The notes under the pieces are model-generated. The model did not search any database. It saw only the letters and a list, made by a program, of their open reading frames with translations, and was not told where the DNA came from. DNA of 44,997 nucleotides from a virus, in IMG/VR virus record IMGVR_UViG_3300045988_058486, positions 1 through 44,997 of that record; one strand, 5' to 3'. Below are positions 15,625 through 25,400 of the stretch, one piece after another (the first letter of the stretch is position 1; each line of letters opens with the position of its first letter). Made by a program: the position numbers and the translations under genes.

Positions 15625-15666
15625 AAAAACCCGGCCCGCAGATTATCGTCTGCAAGTCGGGTTTTT
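15624..15666. terminator. Bidirectional terminator closing the lysis operon
   Basis: 13-nt imperfect stem CCCGGCCCGCAGA/TCTGCAAGTCGGG, flanked by A6 and T5 runs. Confidence 0.5.
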
Positions 15667-15688
15667 CTCGTTTTCTTCTCACCGCAAG

Positions 15689-15925
15689 TCAAAATTTCAG
15701 ATTTTCCGGGAGCAGTTTACTGTATTTCCGGCAGAAATCATACTCTTTTTTTAACTTTCGGATTCTCCGATTTAAGGTAGCAAGGGACATATTACAGGCG
15801 TGGCACTGCCTGATTTGGCTCCATCCTGCGGCACGGGTGCGGAGTATTTTTTCGTCCTCCGGCGAGAGAATCGCCAGGGAGATAAATTCCTCCAAAATCA
15901 CCCGGTTCCACGGGACGGAGTCCAT
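15689..15925 (-). CDS. Sigma-70 region-4-like HTH protein (78 aa)
   Basis: LSPEDEKILRTRAAGWSQIRQCHACNMSLATLNRRIRKLKKEY. Confidence 0.5.
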   Translation of the reverse strand: MDSVPWNRVILEEFISLAILSPEDEKILRTRAAGWSQIRQCHACNMSLATLNRRIRKLKKEYDFCRKYSKLLPENLKF

Positions 15926-16138
15926 TTAACCCTTGCCGACCTCCTTATTGTATGTGGCGCTGGAAATGCCAAGCAGAACGCCCAGGAAGGTGTCCACGGC
16001 GGTAATGGTGCCCACAATCTGCTCCCCATAAGGGAAGCCCCAGATAGAGCAGAGGGCAAAGTACAGGGTGCCCAGGCCGGGCAGCAGGATGGTGGCAATC
16101 CACTTGAGGATGTCATACGCACGGTTCGACAGTTTCAT
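15926..16138 (-). CDS. Holin (Dp-1-type)
   Basis: MKLSNRAYDILKWIATILLPGLGTLYFALCSIWGFPYGEQIVGTITAVDTFLG, 70 aa, two TM segments. Confidence 0.75.
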   Translation of the reverse strand: MKLSNRAYDILKWIATILLPGLGTLYFALCSIWGFPYGEQIVGTITAVDTFLGVLLGISSATYNKEVGKG

Positions 16139-16168
16139 AGTTGTTTCCTCCTTGTAATGATTTTGTAA

Positions 16169-16474
16169 TTAAATATTGTGCAGAGGCAGGCGTTTGACCT
16201 CCTCCATCACACGTTTTGCGGAGCCGTTGCCGCCAGCGGCGGCATACGGCACATACAGATAATCGTTCAGGTTTTCATATTCGTCCCGGGTTATATACCC
16301 CCGCTCGATGTACTTCATCCCCAGGTAAACGATACGGTCGTGAGCGAGGCCCACAAGCAGCTTGGTCTTTGCGTCGTGCTTTTCCCGCCGGGTGGAAATA
16401 AAATTCCACAGTCCGGTAGAGCCGATGATTGCCACCAGCACGGTAAGCGCCATTTCGACGAGTTTAATAGGCAT
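16169..16474 (-). CDS. N-terminally membrane-anchored protein (101 aa)
   Basis: TM segment LTVLVAIIGSTGLWNFI. Located in the lysis region. Confidence 0.5.
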   Translation of the reverse strand: MPIKLVEMALTVLVAIIGSTGLWNFISTRREKHDAKTKLLVGLAHDRIVYLGMKYIERGYITRDEYENLNDYLYVPYAAAGGNGSAKRVMEEVKRLPLHNI

Positions 16475-16495
16475 TCGGCCCGGTCCTCCCTTGTG

Positions 16496-16930
16496 TTATT
16501 CTGTTTCGGTATCCGTTGCGGCAATGCCGATTTTCAGGCTGTTTGGGTCAAACAGGGCCACCTCGCCGCTTGCACAGGTGACAGGGGTTTTCAGTTTGCC
16601 GTAAAAATACGGTGCGCCGCCGGTCTCTGCGGTGAACAAGCCAAAGCCTTTTGCCTGTTTCCAGTCGGCGGTAGATTTTGCCCAGGTGATCTGCTTGACG
16701 TTCTTGATCTCACGGGATGCCGCTGCGCCGATAACGTCAGGATATGTAGCCCCGCTGACGGATACCAGGACACGGGCATAATTGCCGCCGGTCAACTCCG
16801 TAAACGTGCCGTTGTCGGCTTCGGGGTCATTGGAGCAAAGTCCAATCCATACTTTGCTGTGGTTGGTCAGGCTGTTCTTGCCGAAAGCCCAGCCCAAAAT
16901 GTTGTTAGCGTAAGTGTTGGAAAATGGCAT
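16496..16930 (-). CDS. Hypothetical tail-fibre-region protein (144 aa)
   Basis: Starts at MPFSNTYANNILGWAFGK; ATG at 16930. Confidence 0.5.
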   Translation of the reverse strand: MPFSNTYANNILGWAFGKNSLTNHSKVWIGLCSNDPEADNGTFTELTGGNYARVLVSVSGATYPDVIGAAASREIKNVKQITWAKSTADWKQAKGFGLFTAETGGAPYFYGKLKTPVTCASGEVALFDPNSLKIGIAATDTETE

Positions 16931-16943
16931 AGTATTGTCCTCC

Positions 16944-17858
16944 TTAAAAATCAGGGTATTCACTCAACGGGCGAATGTAATCTGCGACAGGCTCAAATAT
17001 TGGGTACGCTTTCGCTGCTTCCACGTTTGCATCAGGGATGTAGATATACTCAGTTCCATACTGACAATTGTCCGTTTTTGCAGCGGTTCTCGGCATAGAC
17101 TGGTACACCATGCGAACTTTGTTTACTACAGTCTGTATTTTTGGCTGTTGAAAAGCAGATCCAACCGCGTAGAAATCTTTAAGACAATCAAGGCGGTATA
17201 CGGCCAGCGCACTTCTCGAAATATTGTAGGCAGCCTTCAATCTAGTCAATGACAGACAGTTTTTAACATTTGCAATAGCACCAGCAATGGTCTCTAATAT
17301 GGGGCAATCCGAAACAGTCTCAGCGCTGTCAATGACTTTTATCCTATACATGGATGCAAATATTGAATTACCACTCCAATTCGAGTTCTGAGAAACCCCA
17401 AGTAATTTATAATGGAACTCAGTATCTGGATTGTCATCGGGACTGTAAATCGCAGATCTTGAAACGTTATCAATGGTATTCCCCCATGATGCAACTAAAC
17501 TAGTAGAATACTCAGTTTGTGCTTCATTTGCTATCCCACGCATAGAGATTAGTTTAATTCCAGCCTTATAGTTGAGTGCCTCATCCGGCGTTGCCACATA
17601 ATCCGGAGGCTTGGGCCTGGGGACGATACGCAGAGTATAGCCACGGAGGGTGCCGTCCACATAGCAGACGTAGATATTTTGGTTTCCGGCGGTCTGGAGC
17701 CAACTGTCCGGGATGCGGACCCCACCGTCTGCTACGGCAATACGCAGCGGTTCCTCGCCGGTCCGGGCGAAGTCAACGTACACCGCATCCGCCTCCGGGA
17801 TGTCCAGATAGCGGTTGGTGTCCCATTGCCACAAAAAGGGATGGTCACGGATATTCAT
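16944..17858 (-). CDS. Hypothetical protein, possible receptor-binding or tail accessory protein with a low-GC C-terminal two-thirds
   Basis: ORF with an SD sequence. A sharp compositional break occurs near nt 17575. Confidence 0.5.
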   Translation of the reverse strand: MNIRDHPFLWQWDTNRYLDIPEADAVYVDFARTGEEPLRIAVADGGVRIPDSWLQTAGNQNIYVCYVDGTLRGYTLRIVPRPKPPDYVATPDEALNYKAGIKLISMRGIANEAQTEYSTSLVASWGNTIDNVSRSAIYSPDDNPDTEFHYKLLGVSQNSNWSGNSIFASMYRIKVIDSAETVSDCPILETIAGAIANVKNCLSLTRLKAAYNISRSALAVYRLDCLKDFYAVGSAFQQPKIQTVVNKVRMVYQSMPRTAAKTDNCQYGTEYIYIPDANVEAAKAYPIFEPVADYIRPLSEYPDF

Positions 17859-17894
17859 AAGGGCATCCTTTCGTTTGTGCCCAATTCGGGCACA

Positions 17895-18776
17895 TCAGCC
17901 ATACAGGGTGTTTACCCTGGTCTGCACGGCATCGTAGTCATACCCGGCAGCAGTGAGACGCTCCCGGCGCTCGGCCCCATTGCTCCATTCTCCCCGGATG
18001 ACCTCACGGGCCAGGTCCTCGATGGACTTCACAGGGGCTTCGGCGGTTCCGGGGATGCGGATTTTATCTCCCACATGGATGAGGTTGGGGTTTGCAATGC
18101 CGTTGTAAGCCGCCAGGGCCTGATAGGTAGTGCCGTACTCATTGGCAATACCGCTGAGGGTGTCGCCGTATTTCACGACGTAGACGGTCTCGCTGGGGGC
18201 CTCCGGGGGCATATCCGGCACTTCCGGCTCGGCAGGAGTAGCACTTTCCTCCACCCAGGCCGTGCCGTCGATTTTGCAGATGGCCTTCGCAATGGCACGG
18301 GCCGCATCCGCCCGGCGATCGACGATAAAATTTACGCCCTCGGCGGAATCGTGGAAGTCCACTTCCAGCAGGCAGGAGGCGGCCTTCATCATGCGGGTCT
18401 CATAGAGGTTCTGGTTCTGAACCACGCTCTGATAGCGGTTGCTCTTCTGGCCGGTTGCCCGCAGCTGCGCCACCAGTTCTTCCGCCAGTTCCTTTCCGGC
18501 GGCGTAGTAAAAGGCGATAGGCCCGTAAGCCGCCCCGCCACCCCCGGCGTTGGAATGCAGCGCCAGGTAGTAGTCTGCCCCCAGCCGGTCAGATTCGGCG
18601 GGCCGGTAGTCAATACCCAGGTCCCGGCTGGCCCGATGATAGCGCACGCCGCAGCGGTCCAGATGGGGCGTAATTACGTCCAGGAGGGCGTTCATCTGCG
18701 CCTCCTCCGTGCCGTAGCCGTTGATTCCGGTGTTGTCCGTCTGGTCAGACGGGCTGAGATACCAAAGATTTTTCAT
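17895..18776 (-). CDS. Endolysin: N-acetylmuramoyl-L-alanine amidase, LysM, CW_7-like repeat
   Basis: HSNAGGG and EVDFHDS amidase motifs; Lys[18 protein letters not shown]...GDKIRIP; C-terminal [22 protein letters not shown]. Confidence 0.9.
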   Translation of the reverse strand: MKNLWYLSPSDQTDNTGINGYGTEEAQMNALLDVITPHLDRCGVRYHRASRDLGIDYRPAESDRLGADYYLALHSNAGGGGAAYGPIAFYYAAGKELAEELVAQLRATGQKSNRYQSVVQNQNLYETRMMKAASCLLEVDFHDSAEGVNFIVDRRADAARAIAKAICKIDGTAWVEESATPAEPEVPDMPPEAPSETVYVVKYGDTLSGIANEYGTTYQALAAYNGIANPNLIHVGDKIRIPGTAEAPVKSIEDLAREVIRGEWSNGAERRERLTAAGYDYDAVQTRVNTLYG

Positions 18777-18799
18777 AATGTTTACCTCCTTAAAGTTTG

Positions 18800-20554
18800 T
18801 TATTCTGTACGTTTCCACATATATACGGCCAAATATGGCGGCATATTGTTGTGAGCGTTCCCGCCTCCGGTAGCAAAAATCGTAGAACTATCGGAGTAGC
18901 CCTGTGCTTTATTGGCAAAGCTGCCGATGGTTGTCCGGTTTTGTCCGTAGCTGTCCGTACCGCCGTTAATGGCGGCGTAGTGGTTATGACTGGGCATTTC
19001 GTCCTTGGTCAGCGTGTGGGTGGCTTCGCCGCCGGTCGCCCCGGCAGAATAACTATCCCCAGCCGCCAGCAAAAACCGGTCTTTCAGTCGCTCCCAGGTT
19101 CCACCAAACAGGGTCTTCGGGTCCGTGGAGGATAGGGACATATAGATGCTTCCCACCGGGTAGACCTTGCTCAGGATGTTTTCACCGTTCAGCCGCAGCG
19201 GGACGTTCAGCTGGAAAAACTCTTTTGTCCAGTAAAAGGACGGCACACCGGCCATTATCTGGGCGGTATTGGCTGCCGTGAACAGTTTGTCCTCTGCCTG
19301 TACCGGGATGCCGAACGCCTGCCGGTAGTCCAGATCAGGCACGGTGATACTCGCCGTGTAGGTGTTCTTTGCCGTGTCGATGGTGGGCGTTACCTCCACC
19401 CAGTCCCCGGAGGGATTTTGATATTTCAGAGTCAGGGTGTTGTCCGCTGCCCCGAAGTTCCCGGCGAAATACTGCCCTGCAATCTCAATTTGCGCCTCGT
19501 TGGAGGACGGCACGGGCCGGTTTGCCCGAAGGATGTTACAGGTCAGCTGGACATAGGGGACCAGCGTTTTCTCAATGGTCTGGGTGGTGCTGTAACCTCG
19601 GCTGTCCGTGGCCGTGACCGTCACCTTGTTGGTCTCCACGTTGGTGATGGAGTAGGATGTGGCGTTCAGCGGGACCTCCCTACCGGCTACCGTGATGCGC
19701 TTGATGCTAGCGCTGTTCCTGGCTGCCACGCTCAGGCTCCCGGATGCCGTGGAGGCATACCGCACCAGAGCGTCAGCGTTGCCCGTCAGAGCAACGGTTT
19801 TCTCGTTGGTGTCCTGGCAAGTAGCGTTTACAGTCGGCGCACAGAGCGCCGCCGCAGCCGTCGCCGTGAACGTTGTGGTCTCCGGGTCAAAGTAGTGGTC
19901 CTTGTCCGTGTGGGTCCAGAGGGTCAGCGTCACCTTGCCGGTGGCTGAATTTGGTATCTGCGCATAAAAGCTATCCGGCAGCCGGAACGGAACCGTGCGC
20001 TGCATAAAGGTGACGTAGCTGCTGGATGGGTTGCCGTTGCCGTCCAGGTAAAAATTAAGGCTCCCGAATGTTACCAGCAGGCCGTGGGAAAAGGCGCTGC
20101 TCTTGGCGTTGATATAAATAGAGCTGACGCTGCCAATATTGGCATCCGTGGCAGACACCGTGGATGCTCTTGGGATGGTGGGCAGCGTGATGGTCTGGTC
20201 GCCGGAGATAGTGCCAATATACGTCCCGCCATAGTTGATGTTCAGGCGGTAGCTGGCCCCGATCTTCCCGGACCAGGTGCCGTCTGCGTTATGGGGTACG
20301 GTAAACTTGTGGGACCCCAGGGAGACGGTCCCGCCGCCGCTGGAATAGATGTCCGGGCCGGTCCATTTGTAGGTCTGGCTCCCGATGGTAAGGGCGCAGT
20401 CATCCGTACCGGCTCCCACGGAAAGCCCCGCATGGTGCAGGGACAGGGACATAGATACGGGAGTCGTATTGGCCACAACATCGTACTGGCCCACGGTATA
20501 GGTCACAATGAGGTACAGGCTGGACACGCCAGACGAAATGTTAAAAGATGGCAT
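18800..20554 (-). CDS. Tail fibre / receptor-binding protein with a C-terminal tail-collar-type domain
   Basis: C-terminus reads YPVGSIYMS...[18 protein letters not shown]...[18 protein letters not shown]...[21 protein letters not shown]. Confidence 0.75.
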   Translation of the reverse strand: MPSFNISSGVSSLYLIVTYTVGQYDVVANTTPVSMSLSLHHAGLSVGAGTDDCALTIGSQTYKWTGPDIYSSGGGTVSLGSHKFTVPHNADGTWSGKIGASYRLNINYGGTYIGTISGDQTITLPTIPRASTVSATDANIGSVSSIYINAKSSAFSHGLLVTFGSLNFYLDGNGNPSSSYVTFMQRTVPFRLPDSFYAQIPNSATGKVTLTLWTHTDKDHYFDPETTTFTATAAAALCAPTVNATCQDTNEKTVALTGNADALVRYASTASGSLSVAARNSASIKRITVAGREVPLNATSYSITNVETNKVTVTATDSRGYSTTQTIEKTLVPYVQLTCNILRANRPVPSSNEAQIEIAGQYFAGNFGAADNTLTLKYQNPSGDWVEVTPTIDTAKNTYTASITVPDLDYRQAFGIPVQAEDKLFTAANTAQIMAGVPSFYWTKEFFQLNVPLRLNGENILSKVYPVGSIYMSLSSTDPKTLFGGTWERLKDRFLLAAGDSYSAGATGGEATHTLTKDEMPSHNHYAAINGGTDSYGQNRTTIGSFANKAQGYSDSSTIFATGGGNAHNNMPPYLAVYMWKRTE

Positions 20555-20568
20555 ATCTTACCCTCCCC

Positions 20569-22062
20569 TCAGATGTAGAAGCAGGCGGTCCCTGCTGCGC
20601 CGTCATCGTCTGTGTAGTCCTCAAACCGGGCATGAGAACCGATGATGAGGTAATTCCGCACGGTCATATCCGTGCCGATCACGCCGTCCTTGTTTGCCTG
20701 GAGCATAATCTCGTTGCCTCGCATGACGTACATACCGGTTTCATCCAGCCGGTTTTCCATTTCCGAACCGGACCGCTGGATATGGACGAAGGATTCGTCG
20801 ATGGTCAAGCCGAAGGAGGTCGTCACTTTGTCCACGCCGTTCTCCACGATGGAGGTCACGGTGGCGCTGATCTCTTTGGAGGTCTGCTGCAACTGTGTGA
20901 TTGCATTGCCCTGGTCCGAAACGGATGTAGCGATTCGTTCGGCTGTCTGCTCGATCTCGGAGATGTTCCCTTCCAGGTCCTTTGCCGTTGCTTTCAGGCC
21001 GTCAATGGACTTTTTCAGGAGGTAATACCGGCCCTGCGGGTTCTGGTACTTCTCAGAGGACACGGCAGCTTTGTCGGAATAATTCTGGTCTCCGGTGCTG
21101 GAAACCTGCGTCCCGGAGGAATCTGTGTAGACGGACATGACGTAGACCGTCAATTCCCCTGTCTGCACGGTGTTAATTTTGATAATGTCCCCGGCATTCA
21201 CCGCACAGGTCGGGAACAGCTTGCATTCTGCCGGGGTATAGGATATATCCTTTACCTTCGCATAGAGGTCCTGGGCGATTGCTTCCAGCGTGGGCGTATC
21301 AAGCATGGACAGCATAAGGTTTCCGGATATTGCGAACACGTTTCCGTCTGCATCCGCCGGGTAAATAACGCCAACGTCATCATCCGCCTGTTTCAGCTGC
21401 ACCCGCTGAATAACGTCCGTCTGATACTGCTTGCAAGACAAGCTGTCCTGCATATACTGTATCGTTCCGGTGGCCTTGGAATCGCTTATGACGGTCTCCG
21501 TGGCTTTGTACCAGGCAAATTCAATCCCGCCGCTGGAAGTGCTTCGGCAGAAGCACCCGGCAATCTGAGCGGCCCAGGAGACGATTTGCCGGGCCGTAAT
21601 GCCGTCAGAATAAAAGGCCGGAACCTGTAAATCTTCATGAGAAAACGTTCCGGGCTTTCCTGTAATTCCCGCCAAGTCGCAAACGGCATCCACAATGGCC
21701 CGAAGGCTCATTGGGAAATTATCCTGATTCTCCATGAGCCAGGGGGACGCATCCACGCCCAGCTTGGCGATGCTGTCATAGGCGGTAAACCGGATGGACA
21801 CCTTAGAGGCTACGGTCGGGGCCTCGGCATAAAACACACCGACTTTTGTTTCCGTATTGCCGTCCACCTTGTAATATTCCAGGGCCTCCCCGGTGACAAT
21901 TCCCTTTTCAGGGTTCCGGATTTGCACGTCCACGGAATCCGCTGTCGTATCGCCGACGGTCAGGTTCGTGGAGCTGTTTACCCCGGAGGTCCACTTGCAG
22001 GAGATGATGTAGGCGGAATCAATCACCGTTCCGTCGCTTCTCACAAACTTATTTGACAGCAC
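20569..22062 (-). CDS. Tail-associated (Tal-like) minor structural protein
   Basis: Position after the TMP and Dit-like genes, 497 aa, C-terminal coiled coil. GTG start lies 8 nt after AAGGAGG. Confidence 0.65.
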   Translation of the reverse strand: MLSNKFVRSDGTVIDSAYIISCKWTSGVNSSTNLTVGDTTADSVDVQIRNPEKGIVTGEALEYYKVDGNTETKVGVFYAEAPTVASKVSIRFTAYDSIAKLGVDASPWLMENQDNFPMSLRAIVDAVCDLAGITGKPGTFSHEDLQVPAFYSDGITARQIVSWAAQIAGCFCRSTSSGGIEFAWYKATETVISDSKATGTIQYMQDSLSCKQYQTDVIQRVQLKQADDDVGVIYPADADGNVFAISGNLMLSMLDTPTLEAIAQDLYAKVKDISYTPAECKLFPTCAVNAGDIIKINTVQTGELTVYVMSVYTDSSGTQVSSTGDQNYSDKAAVSSEKYQNPQGRYYLLKKSIDGLKATAKDLEGNISEIEQTAERIATSVSDQGNAITQLQQTSKEISATVTSIVENGVDKVTTSFGLTIDESFVHIQRSGSEMENRLDETGMYVMRGNEIMLQANKDGVIGTDMTVRNYLIIGSHARFEDYTDDDGAAGTACFYI

Positions 22063-22077
22063 TGATTCCGCCTCCTT

Positions 22078-22458
22078 TTACTTCTCAATGACGTTGATGC
22101 TCACGTCGGTGTAGATGGTGTTCCCCAGAGCGTAGGAATACATGGTGTAAGAGCAGTTTGAGGAATACGCCTCCATCGTGTACTTTTGGCCACGGTCCAG
22201 GAACGTGAACTGATATTCTTTTCCCTGCATCAGGTCTACAATATAGTTCAGTTCAGCCTCGGTCATTGCCTTCCATTTCAGGCCGACTTTCCGAACGTCC
22301 CGGCGCACCCAGTCGATATGGATAACGCCGTCTTCGGTTCGTCCGCTGCTGGAACCGGCAATGTTTTCGTGTTGGATGGACACCCCGCCGCTGGGTTCGT
22401 AGATGGGCTTGTCGCCCACCATCCAGCGGTTCTGCGGGTCGAATCTGTTGATAGTCAA
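22078..22458 (-). CDS. Small tail protein directly after the tape measure (distal-tail-protein position)
   Basis: Synteny only. TTG start lies 7 nt after GGAGGTG. Confidence 0.45.
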   Translation of the reverse strand: MTINRFDPQNRWMVGDKPIYEPSGGVSIQHENIAGSSSGRTEDGVIHIDWVRRDVRKVGLKWKAMTEAELNYIVDLMQGKEYQFTFLDRGQKYTMEAYSSNCSYTMYSYALGNTIYTDVSINVIEK

Positions 22459-22474
22459 TCCGCATCACCTCCGG

Positions 22475-25400
22475 TCAAAATTCCAGCAGGGGGTTCGCAC
22501 CGGTACGAACGGTTTCGCCACGGGCATAATCCACCACAAACTCAAACAGGTTCTTTCCGTTGACGTTGGCGGACACCACCTGCGCCTGACCGCCGTTCTG
22601 GTTGTTCTCGCCGCCGGTAGCCGCAACAACAGCTTCGTAGACACCGGCTTTGACGGCTTCAACGATCTGGTCGTTGTTGGCAACGGCTGTTCTGCGTCCG
22701 ATGGAACCGACCATTTCCGGGACACCGTTTTCACGGGCAAGGAAGAACTGGCCGGGGTCCGGGAAACCGCCGGAAGCGTAGGCACTGAACGACATTCTGG
22801 CTGTGCCGCCGGATGTACTCATGGTCCCCTTCAAGGACGGGTAGGTAGCGTTCTTGATGGCCTGAGAGATGCCGTTCGCCAGGGACTGTCCGAAGGAGTA
22901 GCCGGTAGAATATCCGGTGCTGTTGTCAAACAGGGATGTGACAGAATCTGTAACAATCTTCGACACATAGGCCGTCTTGTTCTTGAACCCTTCTGCGATA
23001 CCCTCCATCATGTACTTGCCGTCTTCCGCAAAAAGCTTTGACGGGGAGTGAATCTTCGCAGCTTCTCGGACGGCGGTATCCATGCTTAAAATCGCTTTTC
23101 GGGCCGCTTCCGTACCGATTTTCAAATTGTCCGTAATGCCTGCGCCCAGCCCGGAAATAATCTGCTTACCGGAATCCTTTGCAGTGCCTTTTTGGTCTTT
23201 CCCAAGGTTTTCCAATGCGTGTTGGACGGCAGACCCGACATCTTCCTCAACATACTTGGAGACCTGAATAATCGACACATCAGTGGCATCGGTTCCATAC
23301 AACCCAGTGATGACTTGGTCCATAGCTTCAGTAGCCCACGCACCTCCGTCAATTCCAAGCGCCTCCATACTTTCCTGAATATTTTTGCTTATCGGCTCAA
23401 CGATATTCTTTTCATACTTTGTCAACGCTTTATTCCGGTATTCAGATAATGTTCCGCCGTTAAAAGCCTTTTCCAAAAAGTTCATCTTCTCCCACTCTTT
23501 GGCGGCTTCGTCGTTGACATTCTGCGTTTTCTCCAAAATGTCACGCTGGACATCGTCAAACAGGGTGTTTACTTGGGCATTGATTTCTTCCAGCTTCGTC
23601 TGCCGTTCGGAATCTGTGATTTTGATTACGGAATCAAGGAGTAACTTGCCGGATTCGCTCATCAGGGGATTGTCCCGCATGGTTTCAAAAGCCTGAATAA
23701 GCGCATTCGCAGATTCATTCACGGAATCCTTTGCCTCTTTTGCGGAACTTGCAATTTGAGTGAAGAAGTCGTCCTTCTTGCCTTCGTCCTCCCAATCGAT
23801 GTCACGCATAGTGGTTCTCAGGTCGTCGAAAATCCCCGCCGTGTCTGTTGTTGCGCCGGATACCTCCAGCATCTGTTTCGTAATTTCCTTAAAGCGGTTG
23901 GTGTATTCATCGCTGGTAATTGCCCCGTCAATGAGCTGCTGATCGATTTCGTCCAGTTCTTTTTGCAGAGAATCCAGCGTGTCCACCGTATCGCCCTTGA
24001 TTTGACGGATAAGCTCCATAATCTGGGGAACGGCATACCCGGCCTTTTCCAGGGCATCACCGAAGGAATCGCCCAATGCAAGGGTAATGGTGTCATACGC
24101 CGTGTCCATCTTGGTCTTGGTATCATCCGCAAGCTGACTGATCAGGCTCTTGATTTCCGGAATCTTTTCCTCAGCGGTGGCCGCACCGATTTCGATTGCA
24201 TGGGCAATCTGGCTCAAACTTGTGGTTGTCTTGTCAATCGATACGGTCATATCATCCATCGTCTTTTTGTTCTCGATGAATGGCTGATTTGACTCCGTTA
24301 TCGTCTCCATAAGGTTCACGAATTGGTCCGTAATATCGCTGATTTTCGCTCCGGCTCCGGAATAAAATGCGTCATTGACCATATTGTCAAGCATCTTGTC
24401 CTGTGCGCTGACCACGCCAGCAATAGCACCCGCAAGCGCTGTTGCCGCAGCAACTGCCAGACCGGCAGGGCCAAGCGCAACGTACATGGCAGCGGAAGCG
24501 GCTCCGGCAGCAACACCGATTTGTACGATTTTGCTTCCTGCGTTATCGCACCCAAGGGCAAGGTCCTCGACGCTGGACTTGATAACGCTAAATTCTGCGA
24601 ACCCGGCAACTGCGGTGATTGCACCTTTCTGCAACCCGCTCAGGCCCATACGGATATTGTCAATGCCGCCAACAATGGATTGCAGCGTATTACCGCCTGT
24701 AACCTTAATCAGCTGGAACCCGGTAACAAAAGTGTCAATCGTTCCTTTCAGGCCGGAGAACAGATTTGCCGCCTTTAAGGTGGTGATTATCTTGTTCACT
24801 TTTGTGTAGATAATGGCAAGCGCAGCCACACCGGCAGCAGCCTTTACGATGTCCTTGTACTTCTGCAAAAACCCAAGGATTTTCTTAATCGGCGTAATAA
24901 TTTTCTTGAGGCCTGCATAAATCTTGTCAACCCGCTTGTTGACCTCATCGCCCAAGAAATCATACCCCGGCAACGGAATATCCAGACCGCCGCCGCCGGC
25001 AGAAACGCTCCCACTTCCGGAATCGTTCTTTTCGGGCAGGACGTTCAGCTCATCGAAACCGGCAAGGTATCGCTTCAAATCTTTCGCCGCACCGGCAGCG
25101 TTTTCCATGTTGTCGTCAATTTCACCAGTTGCTCCGGCAGCGGTGGAGAACCCGCTGCTCCAGTCCACCTCACCGATTTCTATATTGAACAGGCGGGCAA
25201 TCTCAGCGACAATTTCACGGATAGCCTTTGCAATGGCAATCAGCCACGGGAGCGCCTTTGTCAGAATCGGGATAAACAGATTACCGATTGCACGGGAGGC
25301 CTGCTCCAGTTCGGCTTTCAGGACCCGCAGCATATTGGCAGGCTGGTCAATTGTCCGGGCCATATCGCCCTGAACCTTCGTGACCTGCGTAAGCATGGCG

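Noticed and set aside
22253-22468. 71-aa minus-strand ORF starting with ATG upstream of the small tail gene
   Set aside because: It is out of frame with the conserved-looking 126-aa product and its translation is R-rich. The TTG start at 22458, with GGAGGTG 7 nt upstream, fits better.
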